From Bacteroidota bacterium (GTDB lineage Bacteria; Bacteroidota; Bacteroidia; Bacteroidales; JAADJA01): a DNA stretch of 64,000 bases. The DNA lies in NCBI GenBank assembly GCA_020444515.1, contig JAHLKX010000008.1:46070-110069 (forward strand), written 5' to 3'. This document shows, piece after piece, positions 1 to 9,006 of the stretch (the stretch's first letter is position 1; every line of letters starts with the position of its first letter). Made by a program: the position numbers and the translations under genes. The notes below the pieces were generated by a model. The model saw only the letters and a program-made list of their open reading frames with translations. It did not search any database and was not told the DNA's origin.

Positions 1-56
1 TTACCTAATGGTTGATCCTGCGGATCAACAAGCACAACAAACTCTTGTTTTGTCAT
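1..56 (-). CDS. idi: Isopentenyl-diphosphate delta-isomerase type 1, N-terminus only (runs off left edge)
   Basis: Manual translation from the ATG at 56 on the minus strand gives MTKQEFVVLVDPQDQPLG, the typical IDI-1 start (V.LVD..D...G). It starts 2 bp after the upstream stop and lies in a crt cluster. Not in the ORF track because it is truncated. Confidence 0.75.
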   Translation of the reverse strand, partial: MTKQEFVVLVDPQDQPLG

Positions 57-58
57 AA

Positions 59-586
59 TCAGCCTCCGGCTGTTAAAAATTCAATTTTTTCTTGCTCTTC
101 TTCCGTAAGATTTCCTGACTCCATTAAATATGCGACGATTCGCTTTTCAAGATCAGGATCCTTTGCAGATAATTTTTGCAAAGTTAAATTTTCCAGAATA
201 AACTTTTTATCCGATTCCCGATCATCGTATTTCAGGAATTCAGGGACGTTGGTCTGAACCGTAAAACGGATAAATCTGACTTCAATATTTTCAGGATCCA
301 ATACAACAGCCTTCTCAATCCAGTCCTTGCCCTTATTGAAAACGGATAATTTGCCAGTGGGCATTTTTTTACAGTTGGCCATTGTAGTGAGGGCAGCACC
401 TTTGTAGGCCATCAAAACAGCATCATTGACAACGAACGGTTCATCCAGTGTTTTGGTCAACTCCTCTGCACCACACTGATCGGTCCAACCCTCAAAATAC
501 ATTTCCCTAACATCCATACGGCCTATATTTTGGGCCATTGAAATTCCAAAAATAAATACCATTATGAATGTGATGAAAAACTTCAT
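59..586 (-). CDS. Secreted hypothetical protein of the carotenoid cluster (TPR-like helical)
   Basis: 175 aa with a signal peptide and a helical 'GKDWIEKAV..DPENIEVRFIR...Q.N.P.FL.Y' motif; lies between crtB and idi. Confidence 0.7.
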   Translation of the reverse strand: MKFFITFIMVFIFGISMAQNIGRMDVREMYFEGWTDQCGAEELTKTLDEPFVVNDAVLMAYKGAALTTMANCKKMPTGKLSVFNKGKDWIEKAVVLDPENIEVRFIRFTVQTNVPEFLKYDDRESDKKFILENLTLQKLSAKDPDLEKRIVAYLMESGNLTEEEQEKIEFLTAGG

Positions 587-595
587 ATTGTAATA

Positions 596-1432
596 TTATA
601 ATAAATTAAAAGCATGCCGCACGGCTGAGGAAACCAATAATCTGTATTTTTCAGAATTGGGTATCCGCACACGTTGTTTCATAATGATCGATGAATGGGT
701 GCGTTTTATTTTCCGAAGCAATGACAAATAGTAGATATAAGCCACGTAAACTCCCAATCTTGCGCCCTTTGGCAGTTGCTTGATCCCTTCATAAGCCAAT
801 TTAAAATCAGCTTCAATGTCATAAATAATTTGCTCCTTGGTCTCTTCGTCAAGCTCAGTCACATCAATATTGGGAAAATAAGAACGTCCCAGGAGATTTC
901 TATCTGCATTGAGATCCCTCAAAAAGTTGACTTTTTGAAACGCTGATCCCAAAGACATGGCAGCGGGTTTCAATTCCAAATATCGATCACGATCACCTTC
1001 AACAAATACTTGCAGACACATCAATCCAACAACTTCTGCTGATCCAAGAATGTATTCTTTAAAGGATTCCAGATCATGGTCTTTTTGTTCCAGATCCATC
1101 TCCATGCTTCTCAGAAACAAATGGATTAATTCATGATCAATGTTATATTTGTTCACGACCCATTGAAAATTATTCAGGATGGGATTAAGACTGATTCCGT
1201 CCTCAATCGCTTCAAAGGTATCTTTCCTGAATTTTTCCAGAAGTTTCCTTTTATTGAATCCATGAAATGAATCCACAATTTCATCACCAAATCGGACGAA
1301 TCCATAAATGGCGTATATCGGGTCATGGTATTTTTTATTAAATACACGAATACCGAGTGAAAACGAAGTACTGTAAGTAATCGTCGTTAACTTACTTGAC
1401 TTCTTGGATATCATGTCGAAAATGTGTTTCAT
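596..1432 (-). CDS. crtB: Phytoene synthase
   Basis: YSTSFS, 'IYGFVR..DEIVD', 'GSAEVVGLMCL', 'LGSAFQKVNFLRDL..D' motifs. Start refined to the ATG at 1432 (MKHIFD), 10 bp after the crtI stop. Confidence 0.95.
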   Translation of the reverse strand: MKHIFDMISKKSSKLTTITYSTSFSLGIRVFNKKYHDPIYAIYGFVRFGDEIVDSFHGFNKRKLLEKFRKDTFEAIEDGISLNPILNNFQWVVNKYNIDHELIHLFLRSMEMDLEQKDHDLESFKEYILGSAEVVGLMCLQVFVEGDRDRYLELKPAAMSLGSAFQKVNFLRDLNADRNLLGRSYFPNIDVTELDEETKEQIIYDIEADFKLAYEGIKQLPKGARLGVYVAYIYYLSLLRKIKRTHSSIIMKQRVRIPNSEKYRLLVSSAVRHAFNLL

Positions 1433-1442
1433 GGCAAAATAT

Positions 1443-2915
1443 TTAAAATTGTTTAGCAATTTCTTTTGCAGCCACCTCACCTGAAATAATGGCGGGAGGA
1501 ACCCCTGGCCCGGGGACCGTTAGCTGACCTGCAAAAAATAGATTTTTAACTTTTTTTGATTGCAATTTGGGCTTTAAAAAAGCTGTCTGCATTAAGGTAT
1601 TGGCCAGTCCATAGGCATTGCCTTTAAAAGCATTATAATCAGCCTCAAAATCCCGATGGGCATAACTCTTTTTGAACGCAATGTGCTTTTCTATTTCCTC
1701 GCCCGTATAGTGTTCCAGTTTGTCAATGACATATCTGAAATATCTTTCACGTACTTCCTGTGTATCTTCCAGTCCGGGAGCCACAGGAATGAGCACCATC
1801 AGATTCTCCATACCTGCAGGGGCTACGCTGGGATCTGTTTTGGAAGTATTACTCAAATATATACTGGGACGTTCCGGCCATTTGGGATCCAGATAAATTT
1901 CATCTGCATGCTTGCTAAAATCTTCATCGAAGAACAGGGTGTGATGTTTTAGCTGAGGTATGACTTTATCAATGCCCAAATAAAATATCAGGGATGAAGG
2001 TGACATTACGCGCTTTTCCCAGTATTTATTTGAATAGTTGCGATAACGCTCCGGTAAGATCTGTTGCTCTATGTGATGATAATCCGCACTGGCAACAACC
2101 ACATCTGCATCATAACTATGACCATTGACCTGAACATTTTTGACGAGATCATTTTTAAACTCCAGTTGATGCACTGGAGCATTGAATTCAAATTCGACAC
2201 CCAATGATTCGGCTAATTGAACCATTCCTTCCACTACTTTATAGATACCTCCCTGAGGATACCATGTTCCCAGCTTGATATCACCATAATTCATGAGGGA
2301 ATACAAGGCGGGTGTTGTTTTGGGCGTGCCTCCGAGAAACAGGACTGGAAACTCCAACATTTGCAGCAGTTTCGGATGGCTAAAATATTTCCGGATGTAG
2401 TTGTGAAACGAATTGAATACATGCATTTTGAATATGCCCATCATGAGTTCCGGGTCAATAAATTCAAGTGGAGAAGCACTTTTTTTATACACCAGTTTGT
2501 TGATCCCCACTTTGTATTTGAATTCAGCATTTTTGAGAAATGCAACCAGTTTTTGTGAACTCCCGGGTTCATATTGATCAAACATTTCACAGAAAGCATC
2601 AAAATCTGCGGGTAAATCGGTTTGGTCATCCTGCCCCCATACGATTCTATAAGAAGGGTCTAGTCTTTCAAGGTGGTAATAATCTGAGGTTTTTTTACCA
2701 AAGCTCTCAAAAAACCGGTCGAACACATCGGGCATCCAATACCAACTGGGACCCATGTCGAACGTAAAACCCTCCGAAACTAATTTTCGGGCCCGACCTC
2801 CTGGTAAAGCGTTCTTTTCAAGAACCTTAACAGCAAAACCTTCCTTCGCCAAAAAGCTGGCAGCTGATAAACCTGAAAAACCGGCACCGATGACTATGGC
2901 TTTCTTTCTTTGCAT
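1443..2915 (-). CDS. crtI: Phytoene desaturase
   Basis: Rossmann GAGFSGL, 'GFTFDMGPSWYWMPDVF', C-terminal 'GQLTVPGPGVPPAIISG'. Confidence 0.95.
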   Translation of the reverse strand: MQRKKAIVIGAGFSGLSAASFLAKEGFAVKVLEKNALPGGRARKLVSEGFTFDMGPSWYWMPDVFDRFFESFGKKTSDYYHLERLDPSYRIVWGQDDQTDLPADFDAFCEMFDQYEPGSSQKLVAFLKNAEFKYKVGINKLVYKKSASPLEFIDPELMMGIFKMHVFNSFHNYIRKYFSHPKLLQMLEFPVLFLGGTPKTTPALYSLMNYGDIKLGTWYPQGGIYKVVEGMVQLAESLGVEFEFNAPVHQLEFKNDLVKNVQVNGHSYDADVVVASADYHHIEQQILPERYRNYSNKYWEKRVMSPSSLIFYLGIDKVIPQLKHHTLFFDEDFSKHADEIYLDPKWPERPSIYLSNTSKTDPSVAPAGMENLMVLIPVAPGLEDTQEVRERYFRYVIDKLEHYTGEEIEKHIAFKKSYAHRDFEADYNAFKGNAYGLANTLMQTAFLKPKLQSKKVKNLFFAGQLTVPGPGVPPAIISGEVAAKEIAKQF

Positions 2916-3055
2916 GATACACTGTCAATTAGCTATAGAAACAACCAAATTGAGTTTTTGTTTAACTATTATTTTTTATTTTTAAACAAGCGATGAACTC
3001 AGCATAAATTAAAAAAAAAACTCAAAAAAACTTGACAAAGGGTCATTGGTTATTG

Positions 3056-3063
3056 TATCTTTG
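3056..3063 (+). promoter_or_regulatory. Bacteroidota sigma70 -7 promoter element (TAnnTTTG) for the TetR operon
   Basis: TATCTTTG at 3056-3063, with TTG about 25 bp upstream (cttgacaa), matching the -33/-7 architecture. Confidence 0.7.
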
Positions 3064-3142
3064 ACCGACCGTTCATTCAATAACATTTTAATTACAGAAG
3101 TATTGTTTGAAAGGCATTATAAACTGACTAATCGTTCAATTA
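3062..3142. promoter_or_regulatory. Two putative TetR operator copies
   Basis: Imperfect 18-bp palindrome TGACCGACCGTTCATTCA (3062-3079; 12/18 self-complementary) overlapping the -7 element, and a second copy TGACTAATCGTTCAATTA (3125-3142) just before the ATG. Confidence 0.6.
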
Positions 3143-3145
3143 AAA

Positions 3146-3721
3146 ATGGCACCAAAAACAAGTGAACAGTATAGCGAGATCCGGGAAATCCGAACACGCC
3201 AAATAATGGAAACAGCCTTACAGCTTTTTGCTGCCAATGGATACGCCAATACTTCCATCAGTCAGATTGCTACCAAAGCAAAAATCAGCAAAGGTTTGAT
3301 GTATAACTACTTTTCGAGCAAAGAGGATTTACTAAAAACTATATTTGAGCAGGGTTTTAAAGAAATGTTTGATTTGTTTGATCCCAATAAGGATGGCGTT
3401 CTCACGAGGGAAGAATTCACCTATTTTATTGAAGAGACCTTTTACCTTATGAGCCGAAAGCGGGACTTCTATAAACTTTATTTTGCCCTGATGATGCAAC
3501 CAACTGTTTGGAAAAAATTAAAAATTCAAATCCATGATATCATTGCTCCATTCCTAAAAATCATGGAAGATTATTATGAGAAAAAGGGAGCTGCCAATCC
3601 TGCACTGGAAGCTGTGCTTGTGGGAGCTTTATTGGATGGAATTGGATTCAACTTCGTTTTCAATCCCGATATGTATCCATTGGATGATGTAAAAAAACTG
3701 GTCATAGAACGTTTTGTATAA
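3146..3721 (+). CDS. TetR/AcrR family transcriptional regulator containing an EF-hand-like motif
   Basis: N-terminal TetR HTH (ALQLFAANGYANTSISQIA..A.ISKGLMYNYFSSKEDL), followed by FKEMFDLF-DPNKDGVLTREE-FTYFI. Confidence 0.92.
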   Translation: MAPKTSEQYSEIREIRTRQIMETALQLFAANGYANTSISQIATKAKISKGLMYNYFSSKEDLLKTIFEQGFKEMFDLFDPNKDGVLTREEFTYFIEETFYLMSRKRDFYKLYFALMMQPTVWKKLKIQIHDIIAPFLKIMEDYYEKKGAANPALEAVLVGALLDGIGFNFVFNPDMYPLDDVKKLVIERFV

Positions 3722-3737
3722 CTTGAAATATTAGAAA

Positions 3738-4499
3738 ATGATGAAATTGATTTTAAAACCACTTTTGGCCTGCTTGATTGCAACAGTCACATTAACCACT
3801 AACGCCCAGGAACTGACTGCCCTGGAAATCGTGAAAAAAGCTGATCAAAAAACCCGTGGTGAAACCAGCCAGGGGAGTATGACCATGAAGATTGTCAGAC
3901 CTGATTGGGATAGAACCGTAGAAATGAAATCATGGTCAAAAGGGGATGATTATTTTCTCATCTATATCACAGCCCCCGCAAAGGATAAAGGACAGGTATT
4001 TCTGAAAAGAGAGAAAGAAATGTGGAATTGGGTACCATCCATCGATCGAATGATCAAGATACCTCCTTCTATGATGATGCAATCGTGGATGGGAAGCGAC
4101 TTCACCAATGACGACCTGGTAAAGCAATCAAGTATTGTTAAAGATTACACGCATAAATTGCTTGGTGAAGAAATGATTCGGGGCGAAGAGTGCTATAAAA
4201 TAGAGCTTACACCATTGCCCGATGCACCTGTCGTATGGGGCAAAATAATATCATGGATCACCAAAGATGGTTTTAACAACTGGAAAAATGAATATTACGA
4301 CGAGGACATCGTCCTTATAAACATCGAGAATGCTTATGATTTGAAAGATTTCGGAGACCGCACACTACCCAGTCGCATTGAAATAGAGCCTGTGGATGAA
4401 CCCGGGAACAAAACGGTGCTGATCATGAGTGACATGCAATTCAACAAGCCCATTGATGATGGATTTTTCACACAACAAAACATGAAAAGGGTACGGTAA
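3738..4499 (+). CDS. Outer-membrane lipoprotein-sorting protein (LolA-like family)
   Basis: Signal peptide and the family signature 'SWMGSDFTNDDL'; precedes LolC/E-like permeases. Confidence 0.85.
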   Translation: MMKLILKPLLACLIATVTLTTNAQELTALEIVKKADQKTRGETSQGSMTMKIVRPDWDRTVEMKSWSKGDDYFLIYITAPAKDKGQVFLKREKEMWNWVPSIDRMIKIPPSMMMQSWMGSDFTNDDLVKQSSIVKDYTHKLLGEEMIRGEECYKIELTPLPDAPVVWGKIISWITKDGFNNWKNEYYDEDIVLINIENAYDLKDFGDRTLPSRIEIEPVDEPGNKTVLIMSDMQFNKPIDDGFFTQQNMKRVR

Positions 4500-4523
4500 A
4501 AAACTGCAAATTCAAACGAATCC

Positions 4524-5750
4524 ATGAAAACCTATTTCAAACTGGCATGGCGCAACCTCTGGCGAAATAAACGGCGATCATTGATTACCATTGCTTCCAT
4601 TTTTTTCGGCGTTTTCTTTGCTATATTCCTCTCATCCATTCAAAAGGGGTCTTTCGAAAACATCCTTGAAAATATGGTGAAGTTTTATTCTGGTTATATC
4701 CAAATTCAAGGTGAAAAATATAAGGACAACAAAAGCCTGAATCAAAGTTTTGAAGATAATGATCTGCTTAGAGGCAAAGTAGCAAGTGAAACCAATGTGA
4801 CCCATTTTGCCAGCCGGATCGAATCCTTTGCCCTTTCAGCCTTTAAAGATCAAACCTATGCTGCTGTTGTTTTAGGAATAGAACCAGCTCAGGAAAACCA
4901 GATTTCAGAAATTTCGAAATGGATCTCCCAGGGAACATATTTCACCAAAAGCAATGAGGTAAATGGTGTTCTGATTGGAAGTCAGTTGGCCGAAAATCTG
5001 GGTATCGGCGTGAATGATACGTTGGTACTGATTGGCCAGGGTTATCATGGACAAACAGCAGCAGGTAAATTTCCCGTCCTTGGACTTTTAAAATTCCCTT
5101 TACCCGATCTCAATAAACAAATGATTTATATGTCACTTGAATCGGCCAGAAATTTCTATTCGATGCCGGACAGGTCAACTTCAATGGTTTTGATGGTCGA
5201 TAATGTGGACAAAATAGATAAAACCATTGATCACCTTGAACAAGCCATAGATAAAAATTTAAAAGTCTATTCATGGAAAGAGATTCAACCCGAACTTGAA
5301 AATTTCATTCAGGGTAAACTGGCTGGGGGTAAAATCATGAAGGGAATCCTCTTTATGGTCATCGGGTTTGGTATTTGGGGAACCATCATTATGCTAATGG
5401 CAGAGCGGAAGCGGGAACTCGGGATCATAATAGCTCTTGGTGTTCGTAAAATAAGGGTGATGCGAATCATTGTTCTGGAATCATTTTTAATCGGATTTAT
5501 TGGTGTTGTCATTGGCTCCATAACTAGCCTTCCACTTGTTTCCTATCTTTATTTACACCCAGTTCATGTTAGCGGCAGTATCAAAGAAACATACGAATCC
5601 ATGGGGTTTGAACCGGTATTAAAATTCAGTATTCATCCTGATAATTTTATCAGTCCGGCAATAACCGTATTTATATTGTTTACGGCAATTACATTATATG
5701 CTGTATGGTATATTGCAAGATTAAAAACGGCTTCAGCACTTAGGGCATGA
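4524..5750 (+). CDS. ABC transporter permease 1 (LolC/E, MacB/FtsX family)
   Basis: 'AWRNLWRNKRRS' start, large periplasmic domain, 'ERKRELG...ALG' FtsX motif, 4 TM. Confidence 0.9.
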   Translation: MKTYFKLAWRNLWRNKRRSLITIASIFFGVFFAIFLSSIQKGSFENILENMVKFYSGYIQIQGEKYKDNKSLNQSFEDNDLLRGKVASETNVTHFASRIESFALSAFKDQTYAAVVLGIEPAQENQISEISKWISQGTYFTKSNEVNGVLIGSQLAENLGIGVNDTLVLIGQGYHGQTAAGKFPVLGLLKFPLPDLNKQMIYMSLESARNFYSMPDRSTSMVLMVDNVDKIDKTIDHLEQAIDKNLKVYSWKEIQPELENFIQGKLAGGKIMKGILFMVIGFGIWGTIIMLMAERKRELGIIIALGVRKIRVMRIIVLESFLIGFIGVVIGSITSLPLVSYLYLHPVHVSGSIKETYESMGFEPVLKFSIHPDNFISPAITVFILFTAITLYAVWYIARLKTASALRA

Positions 5751-5795
5751 TTCCGTATATTGATAGAAAATTATTTAACAAGAAATTCAATAGCA

Positions 5796-7013
5796 ATGAA
5801 TGTTATTAAAATAGCCTGGAGAAACTTATGGAGAAATTCACGCCGAACCGCGATCACGATGGCATCTGTATTTTTTGGTGTTATCCTTTCCGTAGCTATG
5901 ACATCGATGCAGTATGGCTCTTATGATTCAATGATTGATAATGTCGTTAAGTTTTATTCAGGTTATGCACAGATTTTTGATCGTGCATATCATGAAAACA
6001 AAACCATCAACAACACGATGGAGCTCACTGACTCAATCAGAAAAACGGTTCAGCAAACAGAGGGGGTAACGCATATTGCCTCGAGGCTTGAATATTTTGC
6101 ACTGGCATCTTCTGATGAAATTACCAAAGGAGCCATGATCCTCGGAATTGACCCGATCCAGGAAAGTTATGTAACAGATGTAGCCAAATGGGTAGAAAAG
6201 GGACAATATCTCAAAGAAGGCGATGACGGAGTTTTGGTATCGGTCAACCTGGCCAATTATCTCAAAATAAATATAGGTGACACAATCGTATTATATGGCC
6301 AGGGATATCATGGTGTAACTGCTGCCGACCTTTTCCCGGTCAGGGGAATCCTTAAATTTCCTTTACCAGAACTGAACAACCAGATGATCTATATGGACAT
6401 TGGGACCTGTCAACGTTATTTTGGAGCCGAAAACAGAATCAGTTCACTGGTGATAATGGTCGATGACCACAATGACCTACCTGCTGTTATGCGATCATTA
6501 AAAGCAAGCATTAAAGATCCATTAACTGTTATGTCATGGGACGAACTTCAACCCGAACTTGTCCAGATGATAGATGCCGACCGTGCAGGAGGTGTTTTCA
6601 CCAAAATAATCTTATACATGGTAGTGGCCTTTGGTATATTTGGTACGATTATCATGATGATATCTGAAAGGATCAGAGAACTGGGTGTGACCATTGCCAT
6701 TGGCATGCAACGATTTAAAATGGCAGGTATTCTTTTTACAGAAACAGTCTTAACCGGTTTGCTGGGCGCTGCATCAGGAATTATTGGAAGTATTCCAATC
6801 GTGGTTTACTTTTACAATAATCCGATCAAACTCACGGGCGATGCGGCACAAACAATGATCGATATGGGAATGGAACCGTTGATGTATTTCAGCTTAAGTC
6901 CTTTTGTTTTTTACAACCAGGCCATCACTGTTTTCTTTATCACCGTTGTTATTGGTGTTTTCCCGGTTTATAAAGCTTTCAATCTGAAAATTAACCAGGC
7001 ATTGAAAGCATAA
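5796..7013 (+). CDS. ABC transporter permease 2 (LolC/E family), paralog of permease 1
   Basis: 'AWRNLWRNSRRT', 'GQGYHG.TAA..FPV.G.LKFPLP.LN', 'ERIRELG..IAIG'. Start refined to the ATG at 5796. Confidence 0.9.
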   Translation: MNVIKIAWRNLWRNSRRTAITMASVFFGVILSVAMTSMQYGSYDSMIDNVVKFYSGYAQIFDRAYHENKTINNTMELTDSIRKTVQQTEGVTHIASRLEYFALASSDEITKGAMILGIDPIQESYVTDVAKWVEKGQYLKEGDDGVLVSVNLANYLKINIGDTIVLYGQGYHGVTAADLFPVRGILKFPLPELNNQMIYMDIGTCQRYFGAENRISSLVIMVDDHNDLPAVMRSLKASIKDPLTVMSWDELQPELVQMIDADRAGGVFTKIILYMVVAFGIFGTIIMMISERIRELGVTIAIGMQRFKMAGILFTETVLTGLLGAASGIIGSIPIVVYFYNNPIKLTGDAAQTMIDMGMEPLMYFSLSPFVFYNQAITVFFITVVIGVFPVYKAFNLKINQALKA

Positions 7014-7046
7014 GAAAATAAAATTAAAGAGATTAAAACTACGATT

Positions 7047-8264
7047 ATGATTTTTCAAGTTTCATGGCGAAATATTTGGCGAAACAAGGTCAGGAGCCTT
7101 GTGGTCATATCAGCAATTACAGTCGGCATATTCGCAGGTGTATGGTCGGCGGCTTTCTTCAAGGGTATGATGAACCAACGGATCGATAAAGTGATCAACA
7201 CTGAATTATCGAGTATGCAGGTACATGAACCTGATTTTAGAAAAACCTCAGAATTCTCAAATTATATTCCCGATGCCGAAATACTGGCAGATCAGATCAG
7301 AGAAATCCCGGAGGTACGTGGTGTGAGTAACCGCATGGTGGTGCAATCCATGGTGGCTTCGGCCGAAACGGCTTCCGGAGTTGTGATTCTTGGCATTGAT
7401 CCTGAACAGGAATCAAAAGTAACCAATATTTATAATAAGATCATTGATGGTGCCTACTTTGATGGGGTTTCAAGAAATCCGGTTGTGATCGGTAAAAAAC
7501 TGGCTGAGAAACTCAATGTTAAAGTAAGGTCGAAAATAGTGATCACCCTTCAGGACCTGGATAACAATATTGTTTCGGCTGCATTTCGTGTTGCCGGAAT
7601 CTATACCACCAATAATAATATATACGATGAAAGTCATGTATTTGTGCAACACAGTGATCTATCCAATTTAACTGTTTTCCCGATAGGGGCAGGACATGAA
7701 TTAGCCATAAGCCTGAATGACAATCAAACATTACCACAGGTGCAGGCTCAAGTAACCCAAATGGCCACCGGCATGGAAGTCATGAATTGGAAAGAACTCA
7801 GCCCCGAGATGAGTTACCTCACTGAAACCATGGATATGTATATGTATGTTTTCATTATCATAATTCTGCTGGCGCTGCTTTTCGGTATTATCAATACAAT
7901 GTTGATGGTGGTGATGGAACGAACCAAAGAAATAGGAATGCTGATGGCCATCGGGATGCACAGGGCGAAAATATTCTGGATGATCATCGTTGAATCTGTC
8001 ATGCTTTCATTGGTTGGTGGAATTTTAGGAATTATGGTCGGAGCCTTAGTTTCAAAGATTGGTGAAACACATCCTATAGATCTTTCTATGTGGGCTGAAG
8101 GCTATCAATCGCTGGGATATGATTCCTTTGTTTATACCACCTTGCAACCCGAGCTGATCATCAATGTTGCGGTGCTGGTAATTATTACAGGTGTAATTGC
8201 AGCCCTTTATCCAGCCTATAAAGCCCTTAAAAATGATCCGGCTGATGCACTGAGAATTGAATAA
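7047..8264 (+). CDS. ABC transporter permease 3 (LolC/E family)
   Basis: 'SWRNIWRNKVRS', 'GIINTMLMVVMERTKEIGMLMAIGM', C-terminal 'YPAYKA...DPADALR'. Confidence 0.9.
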   Translation: MIFQVSWRNIWRNKVRSLVVISAITVGIFAGVWSAAFFKGMMNQRIDKVINTELSSMQVHEPDFRKTSEFSNYIPDAEILADQIREIPEVRGVSNRMVVQSMVASAETASGVVILGIDPEQESKVTNIYNKIIDGAYFDGVSRNPVVIGKKLAEKLNVKVRSKIVITLQDLDNNIVSAAFRVAGIYTTNNNIYDESHVFVQHSDLSNLTVFPIGAGHELAISLNDNQTLPQVQAQVTQMATGMEVMNWKELSPEMSYLTETMDMYMYVFIIIILLALLFGIINTMLMVVMERTKEIGMLMAIGMHRAKIFWMIIVESVMLSLVGGILGIMVGALVSKIGETHPIDLSMWAEGYQSLGYDSFVYTTLQPELIINVAVLVIITGVIAALYPAYKALKNDPADALRIE

Positions 8265-8319
8265 ATACAACTACTTGATTAATTAAGAATAGGATTTTAA
8301 GAATATAAAATAAACAACA

Positions 8320-9003
8320 ATGAAAGTTATCGAAATCAAAGACCTGGTTAAAATTTATAACAGCAGTGAGGTTCAAGTGAAGGCAGTGAATGGGATCAAT
8401 CTCGATTTTGAAGAAGGTGAATTTGCCGCAGTGGTGGGACCATCGGGTTCGGGTAAAACAACTTTTTTGAACATGGTAGGTGGTCTCGACCGACCCACAT
8501 CCGGTGAAGTGATCGTAGGAGGCACCAATATTTGGGAATTGAAATCCCGCAAACTGATCGACTTCAGACTGCGGAATATCGGGTTTGTATTCCAGGCATA
8601 CAACCTCATACCGGTTCTAACAGCCAGGGAAAATGTAGAATTTATCATGCATCTCCAGGGACGTGACAAACATGAAAGAAATCAACGAGTAAATGAATTG
8701 CTAACCGCAGTTGGTCTTGGCGAACGGATGGAGAGCCGCCCCAGTAAACTGTCGGGTGGCCAGCAACAAAGGGTCGCCGTTGCCAGGGCTCTGGCTTCTA
8801 AACCCAAATTTATTTTGGCTGATGAACCAACAGCCAACCTCGACTCTAAATCGACTGAAAATTTACTCGACATGATGGAGAAACTCAATAAAGAAGAAAA
8901 TATCACTTTTATTTTCAGCACCCATGATGCCCGGGTGGTTAAAAAAGCACGTCGCGTGATTACCCTGGATGACGGTAAAGTAACAAGTGATGAGAAAAAA
9001 TAA
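8320..9003 (+). CDS. ABC transporter ATP-binding protein (LolD/MacB type)
   Basis: Walker A GPSGSGKT, signature LSGGQQQRVA, Walker B ILADEPT, H-loop STHD. Confidence 0.95.
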   Translation: MKVIEIKDLVKIYNSSEVQVKAVNGINLDFEEGEFAAVVGPSGSGKTTFLNMVGGLDRPTSGEVIVGGTNIWELKSRKLIDFRLRNIGFVFQAYNLIPVLTARENVEFIMHLQGRDKHERNQRVNELLTAVGLGERMESRPSKLSGGQQQRVAVARALASKPKFILADEPTANLDSKSTENLLDMMEKLNKEENITFIFSTHDARVVKKARRVITLDDGKVTSDEKK

Positions 9004-9006
9004 GCA

